Notes under the pieces: generated by a model
What the model was told of the DNA's origin: nothing
The model's input: the letters and a program-made list of their open reading frames with translations, nothing else
Databases searched by the model: none
Program-made: the position numbers and the translations under genes
Part shown: in pieces, positions 27,489 through 36,154 of the stretch
Numbering within the stretch: the first letter of the stretch is position 1
Layout of the letters: each line of letters opens with the position of its first letter
Source: a virus
Taxonomy: Duplodnaviria; Caudoviricetes
Direction: 5' to 3' (one strand)
IMG/VR virus record: IMGVR_UViG_3300034093_000080
Location: 1 to 55,453 of that record
Length of the DNA: 55,453 nucleotides

Positions 27489-29332
27489 CATCGGTTGCTG
27501 ACTACAACAACAACCCCGGGAACCTGCGGCCCAAGGGCTTTACCTACAAAGGTCAGATCGGAGTTGACGACCGAGGCTTCGCCATTTTTGAAAACAAAGA
27601 CGCTGGCCGCAGTGCGTTGATGCAAGACATCCGCGCCAAGCAACGGCAGGGTCTGAACAACCCCAACGCATTCATTGACAAGTACGCGCCAGCGATGGCT
27701 GAAAATCCAGAAGAGGGGCGAGAAAATTACAAGATCAGGCTGGCACAACACCTTGGTCTTCAAAGCACCACCGACCCTTTTCCTAAAGGGTCAGAGGAAA
27801 AAATTGCTGATTTAATTGCTTCGTTTGAGGCAGGAACACCTGCCGCCACAACGGAAAAGAAAGAGCCGTCAGCCAAAGACCCCTTTGCAGGTTACGAACC
27901 AAAGGCCAGAACAGACAAAGGTGATGCTTTGCCGCCTCTTGTGGCAGAGCAATCAAAGACCGAAAAGGTCATGGGCGCGATTGCCGACTCTGGTGAGTAT
28001 GTTGCTGAGAAGGCTTTGGAGAATCCAGAAATTTTAGCCGCCGCAGGGGCTGGCGCTGGCAAAGGCATCCTCGAAAAGATTTTACAAAGCCCTGAAAAGC
28101 ATTTGGTTGGTGAAGGCGAGAAGACTCCACAGCAAGTGCAGGCGGCAAAAGATGCGGCCAGAGCGGCTCAGACTAGGGTTGGAGAAGTTGAGCGAGTTGT
28201 TTCAGGTCGTGAGCCAATTGATGTTGAGTCCCTCCAGCGTGAATTTGATATGCGCAAGATGGGCAAAGAGTTGATGGAAGATGAGTTGCGTGAAGCCCAG
28301 AAAAACTTGAAGGGCTTGCCAAAGACTTATGTGCCACCAGTAGAGCCTGCCGCATTACCTTCGGGCACTTCTGCACCAGAGGGACGAGTTGGCCCTGCCA
28401 GCGGCCCAACGATAGAGGGAGACTCTGGCCCAAGGAACTGGACAATCAGAACCGCAGGTCAAAAGCATCAAATGCCAGAGGCAATTTTGGATATGGTCAC
28501 AGATCAAACCAAAGAAAGCCCAACTGGTGGTATGCGCTTAATTCGGGAAGACCTCGCCAATTTAGAAAAAATTAAAGAACTTGGTATGGGTGATACTAAG
28601 TTGGCAACAACCCCCAGTGGTGTGCAGTTGCAATTGCCAACTAGCGTGGCGGCTGACTACGAAGGCCAACTTGCCGCAAAGCAAGCGCAAGAAGCCTCAG
28701 AGCAGGCGGCACGCGCCCAAGCAGATGAAGCCAAGCGTTTGGCCGCAGAGGCCGATCTTGCCCGCCAGCGTCAAATGGCAGAACTACGAGTTGAGCAAGC
28801 CCGCAAGTCTAAGATTTCTGCTGGTGAGCGGGCGGCTGATGCAAAGAGAAAAGCAAACACTGCCAAACAGCAGGCGGCATCTCAGGCAAAGTCTGATGCT
28901 GGCAAATTGGAGACCGCCCAGATCAGCGCCAGAACTGCACAACAGACCGCCAAGGAAGCGGCGGCGGCACAGCCAAGTGGCCTGACTATGGCCGCTCGTG
29001 AGGCTGGCCGCAGGTTCTCTGAAAAGTTGCCAGTCATTGGTAATGTGCTGGGTGCCGCTGGCGCTACCCTGTCAACGCAGGAGGCTGTGGATCGATACAA
29101 GCAGGGTGATTACTCTGGATCGGTTTTAGGGGCCATAGAGGCCGCTCTGAACACCGCTTCGATGGCACCCCCTACCAGCCCAGCCTCGTTGGCTATAAAG
29201 GGCGTAGGGGCTGTTGGAAGCATTGGCATGATTCCTGTCTGGATTGCCCACGATTATTTTGGCAACAAAGGCCCGTGGGCACCAAAAAAAGAGCCACAGA
29301 AGGCTCACGGTGGGTTAACATTGATGCGGTAG
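27485..29332 (+). CDS. Internal virion protein with N-terminal lysozyme-like (NNPGN) domain
   Basis: YNNNPGNLR...GFAIFE...G..AL...IDKYAP..EN..Y, then a coiled coil and hydrophobic C-terminal helices. Confidence 0.7.
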   Translation: MTSVADYNNNPGNLRPKGFTYKGQIGVDDRGFAIFENKDAGRSALMQDIRAKQRQGLNNPNAFIDKYAPAMAENPEEGRENYKIRLAQHLGLQSTTDPFPKGSEEKIADLIASFEAGTPAATTEKKEPSAKDPFAGYEPKARTDKGDALPPLVAEQSKTEKVMGAIADSGEYVAEKALENPEILAAAGAGAGKGILEKILQSPEKHLVGEGEKTPQQVQAAKDAARAAQTRVGEVERVVSGREPIDVESLQREFDMRKMGKELMEDELREAQKNLKGLPKTYVPPVEPAALPSGTSAPEGRVGPASGPTIEGDSGPRNWTIRTAGQKHQMPEAILDMVTDQTKESPTGGMRLIREDLANLEKIKELGMGDTKLATTPSGVQLQLPTSVAADYEGQLAAKQAQEASEQAARAQADEAKRLAAEADLARQRQMAELRVEQARKSKISAGERAADAKRKANTAKQQAASQAKSDAGKLETAQISARTAQQTAKEAAAAQPSGLTMAAREAGRRFSEKLPVIGNVLGAAGATLSTQEAVDRYKQGDYSGSVLGAIEAALNTASMAPPTSPASLAIKGVGAVGSIGMIPVWIAHDYFGNKGPWAPKKEPQKAHGGLTLMR

Positions 29333-29358
29333 TTGCAGTTGCCACTCTCCTACCCTTG

Positions 29359-29382
29359 GCCCCCGTAACTGGGGGCTTTTTT
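29359..29382 (+). terminator. Rho-independent terminator between convergent operons
   Basis: GCCCCC-GTAACT-GGGGGC-TTTTTT. Confidence 0.8.
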
Positions 29383-29809
29383 ATTGCTCAAGGAAATCGG
29401 CTTGACCGATCTTTAGCGGGCCACTCTTGACGCGCCATTGCAGATTGCTTTGATTGTCGATGGTGTACATGATCAGCCACGACAGCATCTCTGCACTCAA
29501 GGTGTCGCCGCACTCGGAGACATCCCAGTATTTGATCCCTTCGACCTCGCGCTCGGTAACGATGGCTCCAGACTTGTCTGGGCGCATCCACAGGGGCAAG
29601 GTGTCCTCCTTCAGCCACACGCATTTGTAGGTCTTGCAAGGGTCTTCTGGGCGGGTCTCGTAGATGCCGCAACCCTTGTCAAGGTAGAAGCAGGGGCGAC
29701 CCGGCTGGAAGGTGTGGCCGTGGGCCTCCCCACTCAACCACCCCTCACAGCAGGCCGTGCATTCCCCGCAGGCGCGTTCTGGCAGTATGGGTATCACTTT
29801 GTCTGTCAT
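29381..29809 (-). CDS. YkgJ-like CxxCxxCC Zn/Fe-S cluster protein
   Basis: CGECTACC...PCFYL..GCGIYETRP..CKTYKC. Confidence 0.8.
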   Translation of the reverse strand: MTDKVIPILPERACGECTACCEGWLSGEAHGHTFQPGRPCFYLDKGCGIYETRPEDPCKTYKCVWLKEDTLPLWMRPDKSGAIVTEREVEGIKYWDVSECGDTLSAEMLSWLIMYTIDNQSNLQWRVKSGPLKIGQADFLEQ

Positions 29810-29906
29810 GCGTTTCCTGCTGGCGTCATAAGAAGAATTTGAGTCTGTATGAATTGGCGCTGGGCCTCTTCGACACCGTCGTCAAAGCCCTTCATGTACG
29901 CCTCCA

Positions 29907-30140
29907 TCAACGCCTCAAAGATTTCGGCCTCTGATTTTCCAGAGAGCGGGACACCTCTGGGTTCATATGGCTTACGATCTGTACGCATCTTTGATGCTCC
30001 TTTGCGGCAATGATAGGCTCAACATACGCCGCAATCTTGTGCGCAAATTGAACGATGTCCACATCATCGGCAACAACCGCGTTGGGTTCATGCAGATCGC
30101 AGTAGAAAAAGATTTGTTTGATGGTCTCTTCACTCAGCAT
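29907..30140 (-). CDS. Hypothetical protein
   Basis: MLSEETIKQIFF...FAHKIAAYVEP, in the coupled leftward operon. Confidence 0.55.
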   Translation of the reverse strand: MLSEETIKQIFFYCDLHEPNAVVADDVDIVQFAHKIAAYVEPIIAAKEHQRCVQIVSHMNPEVSRSLENQRPKSLRR

Positions 30141-30342
30141 TTTTGTTCTTCCAAAGTTCCCAGTTGATGATAGTGGTTCGTGCAATTGATCGTTGCGCCA
30201 GCGCCTTGTAGGGGTTGATGTCGTTGTCGAGAAACTCTTCAACGATCATGTCTTTCTGAAGAAACAATTCGTGGCGCTCGGCCTTGTCTTTGTTTTCCCA
30301 TAAGGTTCCATCGCTGGCCCTGAATGCTTCGATTTTTTCCAT
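30130..30342 (-). CDS. Hypothetical protein
   Basis: MEKIEAFRASDGTLWE...AERHE, a common small phage motif. Confidence 0.6.
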   Translation of the reverse strand: MEKIEAFRASDGTLWENKDKAERHELFLQKDMIVEEFLDNDINPYKALAQRSIARTTIINWELWKNKNAE

Positions 30343-30344
30343 GA

Positions 30345-31112
30345 TTACTTGTGGTTGTTCTTGAGTTGCCAAAATGCCAGAAGGTGCATGAACATCTCCC
30401 AGCCGCGATCTAAGTCCTCGGCCTCCCATTCTCTGACAACGACCAAGCCGGGGACATTACGAGACACAAACACATTTGCGCATCGTGCCTTGGGAATGCC
30501 TAGACCAACTCGATATGCCGAGAGTTGCATAAGGTGTTCGTCGTAGGCGTCAACCTTGGCGGGGTCGGTGAACTCTTTGGTCTTGATGTCAATGACGGCG
30601 TTAAGGGAGCCAGCGCAAAATAGATCGCACTTACCTCCAAAACCCGCCTCGTGTGCGAATGCACGCTCGGAAACCCAAACAGTTTCTCCGAAGTGATTCT
30701 TGATTGCTGTAGTGCAGGCGCTAACACTCTCTTGGTGTTTTCCTGTTGTCTGTCCTTCATAGTGTCCTTGTATCGATGCATGGATTTCTGTTCCAGCATC
30801 CGCCGCAGAACGACCCTGTTCTTTGGAATCGTTGATGATTCGGTCGATGTATTCTTTTTCAGGCTCGTCTGGGCGGCGTGGAAGCGTGAGCGCCGCATAC
30901 AACACTTGCTGTTGCATCCAAGCCAGTAAGGCTGGTTTTGCGGCGATATTGAGGATTGTAGTAACGCTAGGCACCAAGTTCATCGTGCGGGCGTCGCGGA
31001 GGGTGGTGTTACGCTGTCCCCCCTTCTTGGCCTCTACGGTGTACTGAGGCACCCCATCACGGGTGTACCAGTGATTTGACTCAGATGCTCGTGGTGCTGA
31101 TGCTTGTAGCAT
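30345..31112 (-). CDS. PD-(D/E)XK exonuclease (phage recombination nuclease)
   Basis: PSVTTIL, GTEIH, GFGGKCDL, IDIKTK and QLSAY motifs. Confidence 0.85.
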   Translation of the reverse strand: MLQASAPRASESNHWYTRDGVPQYTVEAKKGGQRNTTLRDARTMNLVPSVTTILNIAAKPALLAWMQQQVLYAALTLPRRPDEPEKEYIDRIINDSKEQGRSAADAGTEIHASIQGHYEGQTTGKHQESVSACTTAIKNHFGETVWVSERAFAHEAGFGGKCDLFCAGSLNAVIDIKTKEFTDPAKVDAYDEHLMQLSAYRVGLGIPKARCANVFVSRNVPGLVVVREWEAEDLDRGWEMFMHLLAFWQLKNNHK

Positions 31113-31356
31113 TTTCTCTCTCCAGTTTTTTCTTTGCGTGATAAGCCTTCACTGCGGCACCTATTCTTGCTCGGCCCTCTGCGCTCATTGTTGATTGCTT
31201 TCGAGGCTTCTTTGCCTCTGGTGCCTTGCCCTCCAGCGCCTTGACTTTTGCTTTCAGGTACAAAATCTCAGTGTTCGCGTCAGCAAGGCTAAACCGCAAA
31301 CTTTCAATTGCGTTCTGTATATTGATTTTTTCTGTTGATGAAATAAACATTGCCAC
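31081..31356 (-). CDS. Hypothetical coiled-coil / basic protein
   Basis: ORF with RBS. MSAEGRARIGAAVKAYHAKKK basic helix. Confidence 0.55.
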   Translation of the reverse strand: MAMFISSTEKINIQNAIESLRFSLADANTEILYLKAKVKALEGKAPEAKKPRKQSTMSAEGRARIGAAVKAYHAKKKLERENATSISTTSI

Positions 31357-31368
31357 TCTCCTTTTGGT

Positions 31369-32022
31369 TTAAAACGGGATGTCGTCGTCCATGTCGTCAA
31401 AGCCTGAACCTTTAGGGGTGCTTGCGGCTTTGGCGGATTGGTTGCCTTGACGGGCCTGCCACTCAGGTGACTGCTCGATCTTGGCGCGAAGGTTGTCACT
31501 GAAGGACTCAAACATATCCATGTCTGGGCTTTCAATGTAGAACGCGGCGCACTTGTTGTGACCTTCAGGCAGGTTTGCCTTCATGGCCTTGGGCACCGAG
31601 TTGATGTTTGCAATGTTGGTGTACTCTTTGCCGTTGTTGCCCATCGCTTTTGTGATGGCAATCATGGCCCAAGCACCAAGCACATTGTCAATTTGAAATC
31701 CACGCAACTCGTCGGCAGTGAACTCTTTGCCACGCCAAGTCTGTAGGTCTTTTCGCAGGGTTGCCTTCTCTGCTAGTGACAGTGTGAAGTTCTTGCTGAT
31801 TGACATAGGTTCGCCCTTGGCCGTGACCAATGCTTTGCCTGCGTCGTCTTCGCCATGCACCTCGAATTGCAACATGACCTTTGGCAGATTTTTGATCTGT
31901 CCGAGGTATTCGCTCTTTTGTGTGCCAAGGTCAACGATGCGGTAGCACCGCGCCAAGTACATCCCCGGGGGCACTGGGGTAAATGTTCCGCCGCCGCCAC
32001 TTTCTCTCGCTATTAAAGCCAT
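31369..32022 (-). CDS. Single-stranded DNA-binding / recombination protein
   Basis: PPGMYLARCYRIVDLGTQ, SLAEKATLRKDL..WRG and an acidic SSB-type tail DDMDDDIPF. Adjacent to the exonuclease. Confidence 0.75.
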   Translation of the reverse strand: MALIARESGGGGTFTPVPPGMYLARCYRIVDLGTQKSEYLGQIKNLPKVMLQFEVHGEDDAGKALVTAKGEPMSISKNFTLSLAEKATLRKDLQTWRGKEFTADELRGFQIDNVLGAWAMIAITKAMGNNGKEYTNIANINSVPKAMKANLPEGHNKCAAFYIESPDMDMFESFSDNLRAKIEQSPEWQARQGNQSAKAASTPKGSGFDDMDDDIPF

Positions 32023-32192
32023 CATTCGCTCCTAGTTTCAGTTGATTTTGGCCGTCTAGACACCCCGCATTCAAAGCGGATGGTGTTCCAGTCGTCCTCG
32101 GTTGCAACGCCTGTCTCAGCCCGTTCTAGAGCCTCCTCAAGCATCTGTTGCCTCTCCAGCATCGCTTGGTTGTATTCCTCTTCGCTGTGCAT
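32022..32192 (-). CDS. Small hypothetical protein
   Basis: GGGAG RBS before MHSEEEYNQAMLERQQ. First gene of the leftward operon. Confidence 0.6.
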   Translation of the reverse strand: MHSEEEYNQAMLERQQMLEEALERAETGVATEDDWNTIRFECGVSRRPKSTETRSE

Positions 32193-32222
32193 ACACTCTC
32201 CCTTCGCTGTTGATGTGTTGGT

Positions 32223-32284
32223 ATCATACACACATTAACTTATTTTGCAATAGTGCTTGCACAAATGATTTTTTGGTGTATGAT
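32223..32284. promoter_or_regulatory. Back-to-back divergent sigma70-like promoters
   Basis: Minus strand TTGCAA(32250-32245)-N16-TATGAT(32228-32223). Plus strand TTGCAC(32257-32262)-N16-TATGAT(32279-32284). Confidence 0.7.
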
Positions 32285-32312
32285 CAAGTTTCACTAACAC
32301 GAAAGGGTCACA

Positions 32313-32522
32313 ATGACATTGGAAGAATTTTTTGAAGACAAGCCGCGAGGATCGAAGATCACGCTGGCTCGACACTTGGGCGTAACCAAGCAGTGGATGG
32401 CGGCAATCATCACAGGGCGCGGGTTGGCAAGTGCAGAGGTCTGCGTTGCCATTGAACGATACACAAAGGGCAAGGTGTTGCGTGCAACATTGCGGCCTGA
32501 CATCTTTGGAGACATCAAGTGA
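32313..32522 (+). CDS. Cro/YdaS-like HTH transcriptional regulator
   Basis: LARHLGVTKQWM...AIERYTKGKV...LRPDIF. Confidence 0.8.
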   Translation: MTLEEFFEDKPRGSKITLARHLGVTKQWMAAIITGRGLASAEVCVAIERYTKGKVLRATLRPDIFGDIK

Positions 32523-33172
32523 TCTGGTACAAATTCTATCTGGGCGACTACATCACACACACCAACCACCTATCGGATGCTGAAGATTTAGCATACCGCC
32601 GCCTGCTTGATTTGTACTACATCAGCGAGAAGCCAATCCCACTTGAAACTGAATCGGTTGCACGCAAAATCCGCCTTGATTTGGACATAACCGAATCGGT
32701 TTTGGGGGAATTTTTTGACAAGGGTGTTGATGGGTATCGCAACAGTCGTTGTGATGCTGAAATCGCAAAGTATCAACACCAAGTTGAAAATAATCGACAA
32801 CTCGGAAAGCGAGGCGGCAGGCCGAAGAAAACCGAATCGATAACCGAAACGAAACCGAAGGTTAACCCTAAACAGATACAGATACAGAATAAGAATATAT
32901 CGTCGGTTGCACCGACAACATCGCGATTCAACGACTTTTGGTCTGCGTGGCCTTCGTCAAAAAGGAAGGTTGCCCGCGCCGAGTGCGAGAAGAAGTGGTT
33001 CAAGCAAAACCTCGACATGGTGGCTGACACCATCATTGCCAGCGTCACGCGGCTGAAGAAGACTGAGCAGTGGACAACAGGGTTTGATCCTGCGCCATTG
33101 ACTTACATCAACCAGCGCCGCTGGGAAGACGATGCAGGCGAACAGCAGGCAACAGGGCGGAGGGTGATATGA
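32519..33172 (+). CDS. Replication initiator, DUF1376/YdaU-like
   Basis: WYKFYLGDYITHTNHLS..EDLAYRRLLDLYY, GKRGGRP, C-terminal F..FW.AWP...P.TYINQRRWED. Confidence 0.82.
   Translation: MIWYKFYLGDYITHTNHLSDAEDLAYRRLLDLYYISEKPIPLETESVARKIRLDLDITESVLGEFFDKGVDGYRNSRCDAEIAKYQHQVENNRQLGKRGGRPKKTESITETKPKVNPKQIQIQNKNISSVAPTTSRFNDFWSAWPSSKRKVARAECEKKWFKQNLDMVADTIIASVTRLKKTEQWTTGFDPAPLTYINQRRWEDDAGEQQATGRRVI
32829..32900 (+). promoter_or_regulatory. Putative replication origin (iterons inside the initiator gene)
   Basis: AACCGAA at 32830, 32842 and 32853, followed by an A-rich CAGATA repeat tract. Confidence 0.5.
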
Positions 33173-33603
33173 CCCCAGCCGAGCGTTTTGTTTCGCGTCT
33201 AGGTAAGGTCAGGGGCCGCAATGGTTCATGGACTGCACAGTGCCCAGCGCACGAGGACAAGTCACCATCGCTGTCAGTTCGGGAAACCGAAGATGGCCGC
33301 GTACTGGTGCATTGTTTTGGTGGATGCGCGGTGCATGATGTGGTCGGCGCAGTTGGTATGGACATGAACGACCTGTTCCCACCAGACGATAAAAAGCGTG
33401 ACTGGAACGATACAGGCAAGGCCAAGGTCAAGCCAGCGTTCTACGCCAGCGACCTCTTACGCATTGCGTCGTTTGAGTGCTTGGTGGTGATGCTTGCGGC
33501 ATACGACATGGCAAAGGGCAAACAACTCAGCAATGAGGACATGGAGCGATTAAAAGTGGCACAACAGCGAATAGAGGAGGTAGTGGTTTATGCAGGTATC
33601 TGA
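33169..33603 (+). CDS. CHC2-type zinc-finger protein (primase Zn-binding domain)
   Basis: CPAHEDKSPSLSV...LVHCFGGC. Confidence 0.78.
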   Translation: MTPAERFVSRLGKVRGRNGSWTAQCPAHEDKSPSLSVRETEDGRVLVHCFGGCAVHDVVGAVGMDMNDLFPPDDKKRDWNDTGKAKVKPAFYASDLLRIASFECLVVMLAAYDMAKGKQLSNEDMERLKVAQQRIEEVVVYAGI

Positions 33604-34591
33604 AATACAAAAACGGGCCAAGGAATTGGACGAGGCGCGTCGCATTCGGATTGTCAAACCTGATGAGGTTGATTTCGAGAAGTACATCAAGGCCAACGAT
33701 GTTGGTCAGAAGGTGCGCGGCGCAATGGAATTTTTAGAAGAGGTGCGCGAAGACTTTATCAACCCGAAAGAAGAGCCACAGCAATCGATGCCGTGGCCGA
33801 AGACGCACCAAGGTTTTGGGTTCCGCGCAGGTGAGGTGACGCTGTACGCTGGCGGCAACGGTGGCGGTAAGTCAATGGTCACAGGGCAGATTGCACTGCA
33901 CTTGATCAAGCAGGGCCAGCGCGTAATGATTGCATCGTTTGAGATGAAGCCCAAGCGCACGCTGACACGAATGCTTCGACAGTTTGCTGGTGAGAACATT
34001 TACAGCCCGATGTACATGAACAAGCAAAAGCATTTGATGGACTTGGTCACAAGGTTGCAAGACTTTTCGCACGGCAAGTTGTGGCTGTACGACCAGCAGG
34101 GTACGGTCACATCACAGCAGGTGATTGCGGTGGCTCGGTACAGCGCCGTCGAGTTGGGCGTGCAACACATCTTCATTGACTCGCTGATGAAGTGTGTGTC
34201 TGGTGAGGACGACTACAACGCACAGAAAATGTTTGTCGATGAGTTGACCGCGCTGGCGCGTGATCACAATGTTCACATCCACTTGATACATCACATTCGC
34301 AAGTTGGCAAGCGAAGAGATTCAGCCAAACAAAAACGACATCAAAGGGTCGGGCGCGATCAGCGACCAAGTTGACAATGTGTTGATGGTCTGGCGCAATA
34401 AAAAGAAAGAGCATCAAGCGCAGAACGGGCCAGTCGATCCGATGATCCCTGACGCCATGTTGATGTGCGAGAAGCAAAGGAACGGCGAGGCCGAAGACTG
34501 GTATTCGCTTTGGTATCACAAAGACAGCCAGCAGTTTGTTGAATACGACAACAGCGTGCCGATGTCTTTTGACAATGGAGGAAGATTTTGA
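33590..34591 (+). CDS. DnaB-like (SF4) replicative helicase
   Basis: Walker A GGNGGGKS, SFEM, IFIDSL, HHIRK, DIKGSGAISDQVDNV, KQRNGE. Confidence 0.88.
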   Translation: MQVSEIQKRAKELDEARRIRIVKPDEVDFEKYIKANDVGQKVRGAMEFLEEVREDFINPKEEPQQSMPWPKTHQGFGFRAGEVTLYAGGNGGGKSMVTGQIALHLIKQGQRVMIASFEMKPKRTLTRMLRQFAGENIYSPMYMNKQKHLMDLVTRLQDFSHGKLWLYDQQGTVTSQQVIAVARYSAVELGVQHIFIDSLMKCVSGEDDYNAQKMFVDELTALARDHNVHIHLIHHIRKLASEEIQPNKNDIKGSGAISDQVDNVLMVWRNKKKEHQAQNGPVDPMIPDAMLMCEKQRNGEAEDWYSLWYHKDSQQFVEYDNSVPMSFDNGGRF

Positions 34592-34833
34592 ATGACAAAG
34601 AGGAGCAAAGAGCAAGAGACCGTGAGCATATGCACCGCTGTCTCGTTCGGGAAGTCATCAAGATGCGAATTAAAGATCGCGATGGTGCATACCGTTGGCT
34701 TCGTGGCTACAGTGATCACACTGGGCGTTGGAAAAAAGGGTGGAACGAAATTCACCCCGAATCAAAACTTGAAGAAGATGTTAGAGACCAATGGGTCAAA
34801 GGTAATCGAGGTAACGAAGGAGAATGGAAATGA
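34588..34833 (+). CDS. Hypothetical protein
   Basis: Coupled ORF. HMHRCLVR...DQWVKGNRG..GEW. Confidence 0.6.
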   Translation: MNDKEEQRARDREHMHRCLVREVIKMRIKDRDGAYRWLRGYSDHTGRWKKGWNEIHPESKLEEDVRDQWVKGNRGNEGEWK

Positions 34834-35087
34834 CAAAGCAAGACGCTGAACTTAGCCCTTTAGCAAGGCAACTACTTGGCAACTCTGGGGCCATGAAGTT
34901 ATTCACGCAAACTGAATTTGATGCGGCATTGAAAGAAGCGAAAGCAGAGATCATGGCGATTGCAATTCAAACAAGCAAGCAGGCAATTTACATAGAGCGC
35001 AACGCGTGCGCCGATCTTGCGTTGCAGTGGAGTCAAGAGGAATTGTCGGAAGCCATCCGCCATCGCATGAGGCCAGTCAATGATTGA
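34824..35087 (+). CDS. Hypothetical protein
   Basis: ERNACADLA...AIRHR, a common phage motif. Confidence 0.6.
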   Translation: MEMTKQDAELSPLARQLLGNSGAMKLFTQTEFDAALKEAKAEIMAIAIQTSKQAIYIERNACADLALQWSQEELSEAIRHRMRPVND

Positions 35088-35427
35088 GTTCACACTGCCT
35101 TGGCCTCCATCGGTAAACACTTACTGGCGCAACTTTGATGGTCGCATGATCATTAGTGCAAAGGGGCGCGAGTACCGTGAGACCGTTGGCGACCAGATGA
35201 CGGTGCAAAAGATGGTCAAGCATTACTCTGGCCCATTGCGCGTGGTGATCGAGGCGTGGAGGCCAGACAAGCGACGCAGGGATTTGGACAACCTGCTGAA
35301 AGCAACACTCGACGGGCTGGCCCACGCTGGTGTGTACGAAGACGATTCACAGATCGTTGACCTGCGCATCTACTGGGCACCAGACATCGGTGGGATGTTA
35401 AAAATAAAGATCGAGGAGATCGAATGA
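35080..35427 (+). CDS. rusA: RusA-family Holliday junction resolvase
   Basis: LPWPPSVNTYWR, PDKRRRDLDNLLKATLDGL..AGVYEDDSQI. Confidence 0.92.
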   Translation: MIEFTLPWPPSVNTYWRNFDGRMIISAKGREYRETVGDQMTVQKMVKHYSGPLRVVIEAWRPDKRRRDLDNLLKATLDGLAHAGVYEDDSQIVDLRIYWAPDIGGMLKIKIEEIE

Positions 35428-35582
35428 AACAAGAACCTGAATGGATTGACATCGTTGCGTTGATTGCGATGCACTCGCTGTTGCAGACAGCACCAAAGAA
35501 CGCAAGGAACGAAGACATTGCATACGAGGCATACAGGCAAGCGGAGGCAATGATGGAGGCAAAAGAAAATTATGGTGAGTGA
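35424..35582 (+). CDS. Small hypothetical protein (52 aa)
   Basis: GGAG RBS. AYEAYRQAEAMMEA motif. Not in the ORF track. Confidence 0.55.
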   Translation: MKQEPEWIDIVALIAMHSLLQTAPKNARNEDIAYEAYRQAEAMMEAKENYGE

Positions 35583-35694
35583 CCTCTTCAATATTTTGAT
35601 GATTATGTTGATGTTGACTGGCGCGTTGTGTTGGATTGCAACGATTCTTTTGTGTTGGTATTACTGGTCTTGTAACAAAAAAAAGGAGAAGTAA
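35572..35694 (+). CDS. Small single-TM membrane protein (40 aa)
   Basis: MVSDLFNILMIMLMLTGALCWIATILLCWYYWSCNKKKEK. Confidence 0.5.
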   Translation: MVSDLFNILMIMLMLTGALCWIATILLCWYYWSCNKKKEK

Positions 35695-35829
35695 ATGTTT
35701 GAATCATTCGGAGATTTTTTTTGGACATTCATGGCAATGAGTGGCTTTATGTTTTGGATTTGTCTGGCAATTTTTGTCGGCATGGTGATCAAGCGCAACC
35801 GCGCAAAAAGGAAGGCTTACTATGAGTGA
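35695..35829 (+). CDS. Small single-TM membrane protein (44 aa)
   Basis: AAGGAG RBS. MFESFGDFFWTFMAMSGFMFWICLAIFVGMVIKRNRAKRKAYYE. Confidence 0.6.
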   Translation: MFESFGDFFWTFMAMSGFMFWICLAIFVGMVIKRNRAKRKAYYE

Positions 35830-36154
35830 AGAGAGAGACCCACACAAAGCGGTGGACTACATCCTGAAGAACGCCGCGCTGTTTGCAAAAGCAAAAGCAG
35901 AGCGCACATACATCGAGCATTACCGCAAGAGCCTGAAGGGCATCTTGATGAAGCGGTCGATGGAGACCGCCATCGGAGCGCAGGAGCGCGAAGCATATGC
36001 ACACCCAGAGATGATTCAATTGCTTGAAGGATTGAAGGAGGCTGTGGCTATTGAGGAGCGGCTGAAATGGGACATCACGGCGGCTGAATTGCGCGTGGAA
36101 ATATGGCGCACAGAGCAGGCGAACAACAGGGCCGAAGGAAAGGCAACACAATGA
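35822..36154 (+). CDS. Conserved helical phage protein
   Basis: AKAKAERTYIEHYRKS...QEREAYAHPE...EIWRTEQANNR. Confidence 0.65.
   Translation: MSEERDPHKAVDYILKNAALFAKAKAERTYIEHYRKSLKGILMKRSMETAIGAQEREAYAHPEMIQLLEGLKEAVAIEERLKWDITAAELRVEIWRTEQANNRAEGKATQ

Noticed and set aside
30345-31112. Cas4 / CRISPR-associated nuclease
   Set aside because: It lacks the four-Cys Fe-S motif pattern and any CRISPR context. It sits next to an SSB-like gene, as expected for a recombination exonuclease.
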